Below, piece by piece: positions 1 through 9,239 of a stretch of 64,000 nt of DNA. The DNA comes from Rubrobacterales bacterium (GTDB taxonomy: Bacteria; Actinomycetota; Rubrobacteria; Rubrobacterales; Rubrobacteraceae), in assembly GCA_038198445.1 (NCBI GenBank), contig JBBPZZ010000107.1, positions 2,399-66,398 on the forward strand. The letters are read 5' to 3'. Position numbers and translations under genes: made by a program. Each line of letters starts with the position of its first letter. Within the stretch, counting starts at the first letter, position 1. A model generated the notes under the pieces. It did no database searches, was not told where the DNA came from, and saw only the letters and a program-made list of their open reading frames with translations.

Positions 1-1
1 G

Positions 2-649
2 CAGAGCCTGACGCGGCTCGGCACCGACTACATAGACTTCCTACAACTCCACAACACAAAGATGGACGCTATCGAGGACGACGCCCTCTTCGCGCTGATG
101 GAAGCGTTCAAGGCGGAGGGCAAGATCCGCGCTTACGGAATCGCCCTTGGGCCAAAGATCGGCTGGCTCGAAGAGGGCGTGAAGGCCATGCGCGAGCGTG
201 ACATAGCGGGCGCGCAGATGATCTATAACATCCTCGAACAGGACCCCGGTCGCGGTCTGATCGAAGCCGCCCGCGAGACGGACACGAGCCTCATCGTCCG
301 TGTCCCCCACTCCAGCGGGATGCTGGAAGGCAACTACGACCAGAACACTACCTTCGCCCAGAACGACCACCGCCGCCACCGTCCCAAAGAGTGGCTGACG
401 GAGGGACTGAAGAAGGTCGAGCAGCTAGAGTTCCTCACCGAGTCCGGCGAACGCACCCTCGGACAGGCCGCCCTCAAGTTCGTCCTCGCCTCGCCGGAAG
501 TAGTCTCGACCCTCCCAAACATTTACGGTGAGGAGCAAATAGAAGAGTTCGCCGTAACCTCGGAGACCCCGGACCTGACCGAAGAGGAGCTATCCCGCGT
601 CGCGGAGTTGTACGAGAGCAACTTCGGGCTCGAACCCGCGAGGAGGTAG
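2..649 (+). CDS. aldo/keto reductase family oxidoreductase (5' end outside window)
   Basis: The frame is open from the window edge (QSLTRLGTDYIDFLQLH...). The rest of the 195-aa ORF reads as the C-terminal half of an AKR. Confidence 0.85.
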   Translation, partial: QSLTRLGTDYIDFLQLHNTKMDAIEDDALFALMEAFKAEGKIRAYGIALGPKIGWLEEGVKAMRERDIAGAQMIYNILEQDPGRGLIEAARETDTSLIVRVPHSSGMLEGNYDQNTTFAQNDHRRHRPKEWLTEGLKKVEQLEFLTESGERTLGQAALKFVLASPEVVSTLPNIYGEEQIEEFAVTSETPDLTEEELSRVAELYESNFGLEPARR

Positions 650-652
650 AAG

Positions 653-1375
653 ATGACAGAGACCCGCGAACGGCAGCAGCAGGCTCCCGAAGAGAAGCTC
701 CCCGCCCAGTACATAAACTACGTCTTCTTCAAGCTCGACCCTCTGTGGCGGCGTCTGCCAGACGAGGAGCGGGAGCGTGGCAAGAAGGAGTTTCTGGAGG
801 TGACCGAACGCCACTCTGAAGACATGCTCCTGCGCGCCTTCTCGCTGATGGGATTGCGCTCCGACGCGGACTTCATGCTCTGGCGCATAGGCAACGAGCT
901 CGACGCTTTCGAGAAGATGCAGAGCGCCCTGATGAAGACGGGCCTCGGCAAATACCTCACGGTGGCTTACTCGTACTTCGGGCTGGCGCGGCGTTCGATC
1001 TACGTCGGCGAGCATACCCCCGGCTTCGAGAACCGCCGCTACATCGTACCCGGCGAGGGCGAATACCTCTTTGTATATCCCTTCATCAAGACGCGATCCT
1101 GGTACCAGCTCCCGGTCGAAGAGCGCCAGCGCATGATGAACGAACACATGCAGATAGGCCGTAAGCACTACCCCGTAAAGAACAATACAGCTTACTGCTT
1201 CGGCATCGAAGACTACGAGTTCATCCTCTCCTTCGAGGCCGAATCGCCAGAGAAGTTCCAGGACCTCATGATGGAATTACGAGAGAGCGAGGCAAGCTCC
1301 TACACCGAACTCGATACCCCCATTTTTACCTGCCGCCGTAGAGCCTTACCAGAAGTTCTCGAAACCTTAGGATAA
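653..1375 (+). CDS. hemQ: chlorite-dismutase-fold heme biosynthesis protein (HemQ/ChdC-type coproheme decarboxylase)
   Basis: 240-aa ORF starting 3 nt after the AKR stop. The sequence is HemQ-like throughout (e.g. FVYPFIKTRSWYQLP, NEHMQIGRKH). Confidence 0.8.
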   Translation: MTETRERQQQAPEEKLPAQYINYVFFKLDPLWRRLPDEERERGKKEFLEVTERHSEDMLLRAFSLMGLRSDADFMLWRIGNELDAFEKMQSALMKTGLGKYLTVAYSYFGLARRSIYVGEHTPGFENRRYIVPGEGEYLFVYPFIKTRSWYQLPVEERQRMMNEHMQIGRKHYPVKNNTAYCFGIEDYEFILSFEAESPEKFQDLMMELRESEASSYTELDTPIFTCRRRALPEVLETLG

Positions 1376-1423
1376 GTAAACAATTTCTTAACGTTTTGCC
1401 CTAGCGCCGGAATCTTGTACTTC

Positions 1424-1431
1424 TGTATAAT
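1424..1431 (+). promoter_or_regulatory. extended -10-like box TGTATAAT (copy 1)
   Basis: Exact TGTATAAT in the AT-rich spacer, 19 nt upstream of the 1451-1484 hairpin. It may be fortuitous. Confidence 0.2.
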
Positions 1432-1450
1432 GCGCGCATCGCACCAACCT

Positions 1451-1484
1451 TAGCCGAAAGGCCGCTTCCTTGGCCTTTCGGCTA
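1451..1484 (+). terminator. 13-bp perfect hairpin downstream of hemQ
   Basis: tagccgaaaggcc-(8 nt loop)-ggcctttcggcta, checked base by base. The trailing T-tract is weak (cagctttgg). Confidence 0.5.
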
Positions 1485-1540
1485 CAGCTTTGGTCTAGAA
1501 TCCTCATTTCCTTATCCGTGTGGACGTACAAGACCGAGCC

Positions 1541-1548
1541 TGTATAAT
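1541..1548 (+). promoter_or_regulatory. extended -10-like box TGTATAAT (copy 2), candidate promoter of a leaderless cysM
   Basis: Exact TGTATAAT with 9 nt between it and the cysM ATG at 1558. There is no SD in between. Confidence 0.35.
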
Positions 1549-1557
1549 AATCCCGAC

Positions 1558-2484
1558 ATGATTACTAGGATTAACGAACGTACAGGAACGAACGTAGCGG
1601 ATCTCGTCGGAAACACCCCTCTGCTGGAGCTTCCGAGCATAAGCCGTGAGGTTCCTGGAGTCTCTATCTTCGGCAAGGCCGAGTGGCGCAACCCCGGCGG
1701 CTCGGTAAAGGATCGGCCCGCCCTATGGATGATCCGGGACGGCGAGAGGAGCGGCGCGCTCACCCCCGAGAAGACCATCCTCGACGCGACCAGCGGGAAC
1801 ACGGGCATCGCCTACGCCTGGATCGGGGCGAGCCTCGGATACAAGGTAAAGCTCTGCATGCCAAAAAACGCGAGCGAAGAGCGCAAGAAGATACTACGCG
1901 CCTACGGCGTGGACTTCGTGCTGACGGACCCCGGCGAGGGTTCCGATGGCGCGATCCGGGAAGCACGCAAACTGTACGCCGAAGACCCGGAGCGGTACTT
2001 CTACCCAGACCAGTACAGCAACCCGGCCAACCCCAGGGCGCACTACGAGTCAACGGCCCCGGAGATCTGGGAGCAGACTAACGGCGAGGTCACCCACTTC
2101 GTCGCCGGGCTCGGCACCAGCGGGACGTTCGTGGGAACCGCGACGCGCCTCAAGGAGTTCAACCCGGACATACAGGTTATCTCGTTCGAGCCGGACTCTC
2201 CGTTCCACGGCCTCGAAGGCATGAAGCACATGGAGAGCGCCATAGTCCCCGCCATCTACGACCCGAGCATCGCAAACGAAAACCGCCGCACCGCCACCGA
2301 AGACGCATACGCGATGGTCAAGCGCGTAGCGCGTGAGGAGGGCGTTTTGGTCGGCATCTCCGCCGGGGCGGCCATAGCGACGGCGCTTCAGGTAGCGCGG
2401 GAGATCGAGTCCGGCACCATCGTGACCATCCTGTGCGACGGGGCGGACAAGTACCTCTCCGAGAGCTTCTGGGAAGAAGACTAG
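1558..2484 (+). CDS. cysM: PLP-dependent cysteine synthase, CysM type (sulfur-carrier-protein dependent)
   Basis: 308 aa with the PLP-lysine motif GGSVKDR and the SGNTG loop. It is followed directly by JAMM, MoaD-like and MoeZ genes. Confidence 0.85.
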   Translation: MITRINERTGTNVADLVGNTPLLELPSISREVPGVSIFGKAEWRNPGGSVKDRPALWMIRDGERSGALTPEKTILDATSGNTGIAYAWIGASLGYKVKLCMPKNASEERKKILRAYGVDFVLTDPGEGSDGAIREARKLYAEDPERYFYPDQYSNPANPRAHYESTAPEIWEQTNGEVTHFVAGLGTSGTFVGTATRLKEFNPDIQVISFEPDSPFHGLEGMKHMESAIVPAIYDPSIANENRRTATEDAYAMVKRVAREEGVLVGISAGAAIATALQVAREIESGTIVTILCDGADKYLSESFWEED

Positions 2485-2485
2485 C

Positions 2486-2905
2486 TTGCCGCTGAAGATC
2501 GGGTCGGGAGACGTGGGCCACATCCACGATCACGCCAGGGAAGGCTATCCCGAAGAGGTGGCCGGGGCGATGGTCGGGATGAACCTGGACGGCATGAAGA
2601 TAGTGGTAGACGTGTGGCGGGCCGAGAACACGCACGAAGAAGAGCGCAGTCGCCGGTTCCTCATAGACCCGCTGGTGTACAAGAAGTTCGAGGAGCAGGC
2701 CGACGAGCGGGACATGGAGATCCTCGGTTTCTACCATTCGCACCCGGACCATCCGGCCGAACCGTCGGAGTACGACCGGGACCACGCCTGGCCGGGTTAC
2801 TCTTACGTCATCGCTTCGGTTAGCGAAGACGGAATTCAGGACATGCGCTCGTGGGCGCTCAAAGATGACCGCTCGGGCTACGACGAAGAGCCTATCGTAG
2901 GCTAA
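2486..2905 (+). CDS. mec: JAMM/MPN+ zinc metalloprotease (Mec-like)
   Basis: 139 aa with a TTG start 1 nt after the cysM stop. Carries the JAMM motif HSHPDHPAEPSEYD plus an upstream Glu (PEEVAG). Confidence 0.8.
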   Translation: MPLKIGSGDVGHIHDHAREGYPEEVAGAMVGMNLDGMKIVVDVWRAENTHEEERSRRFLIDPLVYKKFEEQADERDMEILGFYHSHPDHPAEPSEYDRDHAWPGYSYVIASVSEDGIQDMRSWALKDDRSGYDEEPIVG

Positions 2906-2931
2906 TTTTCTACCAGTAGAAGGAGTTTCAC

Positions 2932-3222
2932 ATGCCGAAGGTAAAGATCCCAACGCCCCTCCGTCAGTACACGGGCGGCGATAAAGAAGTCGAAGTCGGC
3001 GGCGCTACCGCCGGTGAAGCCCTCGGCAACTTAGCGGCAGAGCACCCGGACCTCAAGCAGCACCTCTACACCGGCGACGGCAAGCTCCGCTCTTTCGTCA
3101 ATGTCTACAAAGGCGACGAGGACATCCGCTACCTCGAAGGACAGGACACCGAGGTCTCCCAGGGCGACGAGCTCTCCATCATCCCCTCCATCGCCGGCGG
3201 TTCCGAAGGCCGATGTAGGTAA
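2932..3222 (+). CDS. cysO: MoaD/ThiS-family sulfur carrier protein (CysO-like) with a 6-aa tail after the Gly-Gly
   Basis: 96 aa with an AAGGAG SD. Beta-grasp-like sequence ending ...IIPSIAGG-SEGRCR. Confidence 0.75.
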   Translation: MPKVKIPTPLRQYTGGDKEVEVGGATAGEALGNLAAEHPDLKQHLYTGDGKLRSFVNVYKGDEDIRYLEGQDTEVSQGDELSIIPSIAGGSEGRCR

Positions 3223-3272
3223 TCTCCAGAACCAGGATTCACACTAAAATTTCTAACAAAGAGGTTTAAAAC

Positions 3273-4457
3273 ATGCAGACACGCCAGCCATTGGTTCCGT
3301 CGCCGAACGGCGAAGTCCAGCTCTCGAATGATGAGATCGCCCGTTACAGCCGGCACTTGATCATGCCCGAGGTCGCGCTCGACGGGCAGAAACAACTCAA
3401 GAACGCGAAGGTGCTCACGGTCGGCACCGGCGGGCTTGGTAGTCCGCTCGCGCTATATCTGGCCGCCGCCGGTATCGGCACTCTGGGGATCGTGGACTTC
3501 GACGTGGTGGACGAGTCAAACCTGCAACGCCAGATCCTTCACGGCACCTCCGACGTGGGCCGTCCGAAGGTCGAGAGCGCCCGCGATAAGATAAAGGACA
3601 TCAACCCCAACGTGAACGTCGTGGTCCACGAAGAGGCGCTCACCAGCGAGAACGCCCTCGAAATCCTGGCGGACTACGACGTGATCGTGGACGGCACGGA
3701 CAACTTCCCGACCCGCTACCTGGTAAACGACGCCTGCGTCCTGCTCGGCAAGCCGAACGTGTACGGGTCCATCTTCCGCTTCGAGGGTCAGGCGAGCGTG
3801 TTCTACGCCGAGGAAGGCCCGTGTTACCGTTGCCTCTACCCCGAGCCACCGCCTCCGGGCCTCGTCCCGAGCTGCGCCGAGGGCGGGGTGCTCGGGATAC
3901 TGCCGGGAGCCATCGGGACCATCCAGGCGACGGAGACCGTAAAGCTCATACTTGGTGCCGGGGAGCCGCTCATCGGACGGCTCCTGCTCTACGACGCACT
4001 TGGAATGAGCTTCCGCGAGATGAAGCTCCGCAAGGACCCGAAGTGCCCCATCTGCGGCGAAAACCCGACGGTGACGGAGTTGATCGACTACCAGGAGTTC
4101 TGCGGTATCCCGCAAGCTCAGGCCGCCGAGCAGGAGAACGGTGTACCGGAGATCACCGTGACCGAGCTCAAGCAGAAGATGGACAATGGTGAGAGCATCA
4201 ACGTACTCGACGTGCGCGAGCCGCACGAATACGAGGTCGCCAACATCGGCGTAAAGCTCATACCTCTCGGCGAGCTCCCGCAGCGCCTCGCGGAGTTGGA
4301 CCAGAGCGAGAACTTCGCCATCCACTGCAAGACCGGCGGGCGCAGCGCGAAGGCCGTGAAACTATTGCAGGACGCGGGCTTCCAGAATATCTACAACGTC
4401 AAAGGCGGCATCACCGCCTGGAGCGAGGAGATCGACCCGAGCGTCCCCAAGTACTAG
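3273..4457 (+). CDS. moeZ: MoeZ/MoeB-type adenylyltransferase-sulfurtransferase with C-terminal rhodanese domain
   Basis: 394 aa with the E1-like GTGGLGSP nucleotide loop and CxxC pairs (CYRC, CPIC). The C-terminal rhodanese carries active-site HCKTGGRS. Confidence 0.85.
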   Translation: MQTRQPLVPSPNGEVQLSNDEIARYSRHLIMPEVALDGQKQLKNAKVLTVGTGGLGSPLALYLAAAGIGTLGIVDFDVVDESNLQRQILHGTSDVGRPKVESARDKIKDINPNVNVVVHEEALTSENALEILADYDVIVDGTDNFPTRYLVNDACVLLGKPNVYGSIFRFEGQASVFYAEEGPCYRCLYPEPPPPGLVPSCAEGGVLGILPGAIGTIQATETVKLILGAGEPLIGRLLLYDALGMSFREMKLRKDPKCPICGENPTVTELIDYQEFCGIPQAQAAEQENGVPEITVTELKQKMDNGESINVLDVREPHEYEVANIGVKLIPLGELPQRLAELDQSENFAIHCKTGGRSAKAVKLLQDAGFQNIYNVKGGITAWSEEIDPSVPKY

Positions 4458-4562
4458 TGACGGAGAACTTCTCACAGCGGGAATGCGTAAAGATCGACCC
4501 TCGACAGAGCTATGAGACAGGCGCTATTTGTGCAGGTGGAAGCAGGCAATAAAACCGGATTG

Positions 4563-5330
4563 TCATGGCAGCACGCACAGTTTCGCCACGAGCGCGGGGT
4601 CCCGCATCGCAGCCTCTCCCACCAGCACGGCGTCGGCTCCGGCATCCCGCAAGCGAGCCCCATCATCGACCGCCTTTATGCCGCTCTCGGCGATGAGCGT
4701 GGCGCCTGGGAGCTTTGGGGCAAGCCGCTCGAAGGTCCCGAGATCCACGGTGAAGTCGCGCAGGTCGCGGTTGTTGACGCCGACGACCCGAACGCCGGAC
4801 TCAAGCGCCATCTCCGCCTCCCGCTCGTCGTGAACCTCGACTAGCGGCGTCAGGCCAACCTCGACTGCCAGGGAGATGTAACGGGCGAGAGATTCAGCGC
4901 CGAAGAGCGCCGCTATGAGCAGGACGGCGTCGGCGCGGGTAGCGGCTTCGAGGACCTGCGCCTCGTCGACGGTGAAGTCTTTGCGGATGACGGGCAGCGT
5001 GGTGTTCCAGCGGGCGGCGTCGAGGTCTTCGAGGCTTCCCTTGAATTGGTCCGGTTCGGTTAGTACGGAGAGGCAGGCCGCGCCTTCCGTCTCGTAGCGC
5101 GCACCCCACTCCGCCGGGTCGGCTTCGCGGATGAAACCAGCTGATGGCGAGGCTCGTTTTATCTCGGAGATGACGGAGAGGCCGGGAGCCCTGAGCGCGG
5201 CGGCGAAGTCTCGTTTCTGGAAGTGGATCGCCTTTTCGTAAAAGGAGTCCAGGTCTGTTGCTCGGCGTAGCTCCTCGGCGCGGCGGCGGGCGGCGGCGGC
5301 GAGATCGTCGAGGACGGTCGGGATGCTCAC
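4563..5330 (-). CDS. trpC: indole-3-glycerol-phosphate synthase
   Basis: 255 aa, typical TrpC (VISEIKRASPS, VIRKDF). Overlaps the trpD stop by 4 nt. Confidence 0.9.
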   Translation of the reverse strand: MSIPTVLDDLAAAARRRAEELRRATDLDSFYEKAIHFQKRDFAAALRAPGLSVISEIKRASPSAGFIREADPAEWGARYETEGAACLSVLTEPDQFKGSLEDLDAARWNTTLPVIRKDFTVDEAQVLEAATRADAVLLIAALFGAESLARYISLAVEVGLTPLVEVHDEREAEMALESGVRVVGVNNRDLRDFTVDLGTFERLAPKLPGATLIAESGIKAVDDGARLRDAGADAVLVGEAAMRDPALVAKLCVLP

Positions 5331-6370
5331 GCGCCTCCTCCCATGCTCGCGCCGGTGGCGAGGCGGCGGGTAGTCTTGACGAACGTTTCGAGCGCCTCGA
5401 GAGCCGCTCCGGTGTCTATGGACTGCTCCGCGCTCCGCACGCCATCTTCGAGGGTCCCGGCTCTTCCGGAGACGAAGATCGCCGCTCCGGCGTTCATCAG
5501 GATCACGTCTCGCGGCGCCCCCTCTTCCCTGCCGGACAATACGTTCCGCAGGATGCGGGCGTTGAGGTGGGCGTCGCCGCCGAGAATTCCGTCCGGGGCG
5601 TGGCGCGGCAGGCCGAAGTCCTCCGGGGAGATCTCGTACTCCTCGATGCCGCCGTCCGAGACCTCGGCGACCTTCGTGGGGCCGCTCACCGTGATCTCAT
5701 CCATCCCGTCCGCCCCGTGGACGACGAGCGCCTTCTCCGCTCCGAGCTCCAGCAACGCCTCCGCGACCGGCCGCACGTAATCTCCGCTAAAGACCCCGAT
5801 GAGCTGGCGGCGCGCTCCGGCCGGGTTGGTTAGAGGGCCGAGCAGGTTGAAGACCGTGCGGAACGGCAGCTCGGCGCGCACCGGAGCCACGAACCGCATC
5901 GCCGGATGGTGGGTGCGGGCGAACATGAACCCGATCCCGGCCTCCGCGATGCAGCGGGAGACCTGCTCCGGCCCAAGCTCTATCTCCGCGCCAAGCGCCT
6001 CCAGCACGTCCGCGCTCCCGGCCTGGCTCGTCGCGGCCCGGTTTCCATGTTTGGCGACGGTTACTCCGGCCCCGCGCGCTACGAACGCCGCCGCCGTGGA
6101 GATGTTGATAGTACCCTTCGCGTCGCCGCCGGTGCCGCACGTATCCACCACGTCATCCGGGGCCTCGACCTTTGCGGCGAAGCGGCGCATCGCGCGGGCG
6201 AAGCCGACTATCTCCCCCACCGACTCGCCCCTAATACGCATGGCGGTCAGGAGCGCCGCTGTCGCCGCCTGCGGCACGGTCCCCTCCATGATCGTCTCCA
6301 GCGCCCGCTCCGCCTCACCCTCGGAGAGCGCCTCTCCCGACGCTACCTTTCGTAAGGGGTCGCGTAGCAT
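5327..6370 (-). CDS. trpD: anthranilate phosphoribosyltransferase
   Basis: TrpD sequence (DTCGTGGD, KHGNRA). I take the start as the ATG at 6370, 2 nt after the trpG stop. The longer 397-aa ORF would overlap trpG. Confidence 0.9.
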   Translation of the reverse strand: MLRDPLRKVASGEALSEGEAERALETIMEGTVPQAATAALLTAMRIRGESVGEIVGFARAMRRFAAKVEAPDDVVDTCGTGGDAKGTINISTAAAFVARGAGVTVAKHGNRAATSQAGSADVLEALGAEIELGPEQVSRCIAEAGIGFMFARTHHPAMRFVAPVRAELPFRTVFNLLGPLTNPAGARRQLIGVFSGDYVRPVAEALLELGAEKALVVHGADGMDEITVSGPTKVAEVSDGGIEEYEISPEDFGLPRHAPDGILGGDAHLNARILRNVLSGREEGAPRDVILMNAGAAIFVSGRAGTLEDGVRSAEQSIDTGAALEALETFVKTTRRLATGASMGGGA

Positions 6371-6372
6371 CC

Positions 6373-6936
6373 TTAAAGCCCCAGGAAGTTCTTGAGCAGT
6401 TCGTGGCCGCTGCGCGTCATGATGCTCTCCGGGTGGAACTGCACGCCCTCGACCGGGTACTCGCGGTGCCGGACGCCCATGATCGTGCCGTCCTCGGTAC
6501 GGCTGGTTACGACCAGGCACTCCGGCAGGGACTCGGGTTCGATCACGAGCGAATGGTAGCGCGTCGCCTCGAAGCCCTGCTCGACCCCGGCGTAGACGCC
6601 CTCGCCGTCGTGCAGGATCTTCGCGGTCTTGCCGTGGACCGGCTCCCCGCGCACGACCTTCGCCCCGAAAGCCTGCCCGATGGACTGGTGACCGAGGCAG
6701 ACGCCCAGCAGCGGAACCTCTCCGGCGGACTCCGAGATCAAATCGACCGAGATCCCCGCCTCGTTCGGCGTGCAGGGACCGGGCGAGACGACTATCCTGT
6801 CCGGGTGGAGGTCGAGGACTTCCTGGGGCGTCAACTCGTCGTTGCGCCGCACGATCACCTCGGCCCCAAGCTCGCCCAGGTACTGGACGAGGTTGTACGT
6901 GAATGAGTCGTAGTTGTCTATGACGAGGACCCGCAT
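6373..6936 (-). CDS. trpG: anthranilate synthase component II (glutamine amidotransferase)
   Basis: 187 aa class-I GATase (GVCLGHQ, HPES). Confidence 0.9.
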   Translation of the reverse strand: MRVLVIDNYDSFTYNLVQYLGELGAEVIVRRNDELTPQEVLDLHPDRIVVSPGPCTPNEAGISVDLISESAGEVPLLGVCLGHQSIGQAFGAKVVRGEPVHGKTAKILHDGEGVYAGVEQGFEATRYHSLVIEPESLPECLVVTSRTEDGTIMGVRHREYPVEGVQFHPESIMTRSGHELLKNFLGL

Positions 6937-6987
6937 GAGTGGACGGATTTTAGCCGATATACCAGGCTCTTACAGAGAGGAGACGCC

Positions 6988-7938
6988 ATGACGCTACTGC
7001 TCACCGAGAACGAGGTGGAGAACCTCCTCGATATGTCCTCGACGCTCGACGCCGTGGAAGACATACTGCGCCAGCACGCCGAGGGCCGCGCCACCAACCG
7101 CGCCCGCCGCCGGGTCTCGCTCCCGACCGGCGGCCTGAACGTGATGTTCGCCGGAGCGCCGGAGATCGGCGCTCTCGGGCTCAAGGCGTACACCATAGCC
7201 AGGAGCGGCGCCCGCTTCTACACCATGCTCTTCGACCCCGAGGGCGGAGACCTCCTCGCCATCATCCAGTCGGACAAGATGGGCCAGCTCCGCACCGGAG
7301 CGGCGTCCGGCGTTGCCACCAAGCACCTCGCCCGCGAAGACGCCACGACTCTGGGCGTCTACGGTGCGGGCTGGCAGGCGGAGAGCCAGCTAGAGGCCAT
7401 CGCCGCCGTGCGCGACCTCGAACGGGTGATCGTCCACAGCCGCTCGGAGGAGAAACGCAAGGCGTTCGCGGAGAAGATGGGCGAGAAGCTCGGCATGGAG
7501 ATAGAGACCACGAGCGCCCCGGAGGAAGCCGCCGCGCAGGACATCGTCGTCACCGTTACATCGTCGAAGGAGCCGGTGCTGCTCGGCGAGTGGCTCCGTC
7601 CGGGGGCGCACGTCAACGCCGCCGGGTCGAACATGCTGTTCAAGGCCGAGATCGACCGCGAAGTCGTAAAGCGCGCGAGCTTCGTCTGCGTGGACTCTCG
7701 CGAGGAACTGGGCCTGGAGGCTGGCGACCTCATGCCCTCTCTGGAGACCGGAGTGATCCTGCCGGAGGAGGTCCGCGAACTGGGACAGGTTATTGCCGGA
7801 CAACTACCCGGCCGCCACGGCCCGGAGGACATAACGCTCTTCGCCAGCCAGGGTCTCGCCCTCGAAGACATGGCCGCCGCCCGAATCGTGTATGATCGGG
7901 CCGTCGAGCAGGACGTGGGACGGGACATCGAATTCTAG
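6988..7938 (+). CDS. ornithine cyclodeaminase / mu-crystallin family protein
   Basis: 316 aa with OCD-family sequence and the Rossmann loop GVYGAGWQA. Confidence 0.8.
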   Translation: MTLLLTENEVENLLDMSSTLDAVEDILRQHAEGRATNRARRRVSLPTGGLNVMFAGAPEIGALGLKAYTIARSGARFYTMLFDPEGGDLLAIIQSDKMGQLRTGAASGVATKHLAREDATTLGVYGAGWQAESQLEAIAAVRDLERVIVHSRSEEKRKAFAEKMGEKLGMEIETTSAPEEAAAQDIVVTVTSSKEPVLLGEWLRPGAHVNAAGSNMLFKAEIDREVVKRASFVCVDSREELGLEAGDLMPSLETGVILPEEVRELGQVIAGQLPGRHGPEDITLFASQGLALEDMAAARIVYDRAVEQDVGRDIEF

Positions 7939-7974
7939 GGTACTCGTGGGCGTCACGAGCACGGCGGCCACCCG

Positions 7975-9180
7975 TTGTATCGCCATGGTCCTTCTCATCA
8001 GCAAAAGAGTTTTGCGAAACCTAGAATGCGGATGGTGAGAATGATGGGAGAATTGCGCGCCGCCCGGCTGGCGGTGCTTGCCGTGTTCTTTCTCAACGGC
8101 TTCGCGTTCGCGAGCTGGGTAGTCCGTATACCGGCGGTTAAAGAGAAGCTGTCTCTTAGCGAGGGTCTGCTGGGACTGGCTCTGTTGGCGATCGCGGTCG
8201 GGGCGCTCACGGCGATGACCGCCGTCGGATGGCTCATAACGCGCTTCGGCAGCCGCCCGGTGGTGGGAATGACCGTCCTCCTCTTCTGTCTGACGCTGCC
8301 GCTACCGGCGTTGATGCCGAACCTTCCGCTACTGGTGGCCGCTCTTTTCGTATTCGGCGCTTCGGGAGGCGCGCTCGACGTATCCATGAACTCGCAGGCC
8401 GTGGCGGTCGAAAAGGAGTACGGGCGTCCGATCATGTCCTCCTTCCACGCGGCGTTCAGCTTTGGCGGTCTCGCGGGCGCGGCGAGCGGCGGTTTCATCG
8501 CTTCTCTCGGAGTCGGAGTCTCGCTTCATCTCCTGGGGATCGCGGCGCTGTCCGCCGTCGTGGCGGGTCTGGCTTACGGATTCCTCCTCCCCTCTAGCGT
8601 GGACGCGGGTGAACCCGGCGCACCGGCGTTCGCGCGTCCGACGAAGGCGCTCGCCGGACTGGGGATCATCGCCTTCTGCGTCCTGCTCGGAGAGGGCGCG
8701 ATGGCGGACTGGAGCGCGGTATATCTGAAGGGTACGCTGGAGACCGGAGCGGGGTTCGCGGCGGCCGGATACGCCGCGTTCTCGCTCGCGATGGCCTTCG
8801 GGCGACTATTCGGCGACCGGTTTACGGAGCGGTTGGGTCCGGCCCGGCTCGTCCGGCTCGGGGGCGCTCTGGCCGCTGTGGGACTCGGGATCTCTCTGGC
8901 CGTGGCGCAGCCCGCGATCGCTCTCGTCGGCTTCGCCAGCGCGGGACTGGGTTTCTCCATAGTCTTTCCGACCGCGCTAAGCGCCGCCGGACGCACGGAG
9001 AGCGTGGCGCCGGGTCCGGCCCTGGCGGCCGTCTCCAGCGCCGGCTACTTCGGCTTCCTCATTGGCCCGCCCATCATCGGGTTCGTGGCCGAGTTGATCG
9101 GCCTCGGAGGCGCCCTCTATATAGTCGCCATCCTCAGCGCCGCCATAGTCCTGCTCGCCGGGACCGTGCGGTCCAAGTAA
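7975..9180 (+). CDS. MFS transporter (start uncertain; ATGs at 8026-8044 are more likely)
   Basis: About 12 hydrophobic segments. The first 17 residues of the maximal ORF are not MFS-like. Confidence 0.75.
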   Translation: MYRHGPSHQQKSFAKPRMRMVRMMGELRAARLAVLAVFFLNGFAFASWVVRIPAVKEKLSLSEGLLGLALLAIAVGALTAMTAVGWLITRFGSRPVVGMTVLLFCLTLPLPALMPNLPLLVAALFVFGASGGALDVSMNSQAVAVEKEYGRPIMSSFHAAFSFGGLAGAASGGFIASLGVGVSLHLLGIAALSAVVAGLAYGFLLPSSVDAGEPGAPAFARPTKALAGLGIIAFCVLLGEGAMADWSAVYLKGTLETGAGFAAAGYAAFSLAMAFGRLFGDRFTERLGPARLVRLGGALAAVGLGISLAVAQPAIALVGFASAGLGFSIVFPTALSAAGRTESVAPGPALAAVSSAGYFGFLIGPPIIGFVAELIGLGGALYIVAILSAAIVLLAGTVRSK

Positions 9181-9239
9181 GATGTAGCCTGGCGTCCCGG
9201 AGAACACAAACCGGTAAACTGACGATCCGACACCAACGA

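Noticed and set aside
1376-1557. Possible SAM/sulfur-responsive riboswitch upstream of cysM
   Set aside because: Only about 70 nt remain between the hairpin and the ATG. I could not find conserved cores of the SAM-I, SAM-II or SAM-IV classes. The -10 box next to the ATG argues for a leaderless mRNA instead.
6371-6520. 50-codon N-terminal extension of trpD
   Set aside because: It would overlap trpG by 148 nt and is not TrpD-like. The ATG at 6370 lies 2 nt after the trpG stop and gives a normal-length TrpD.
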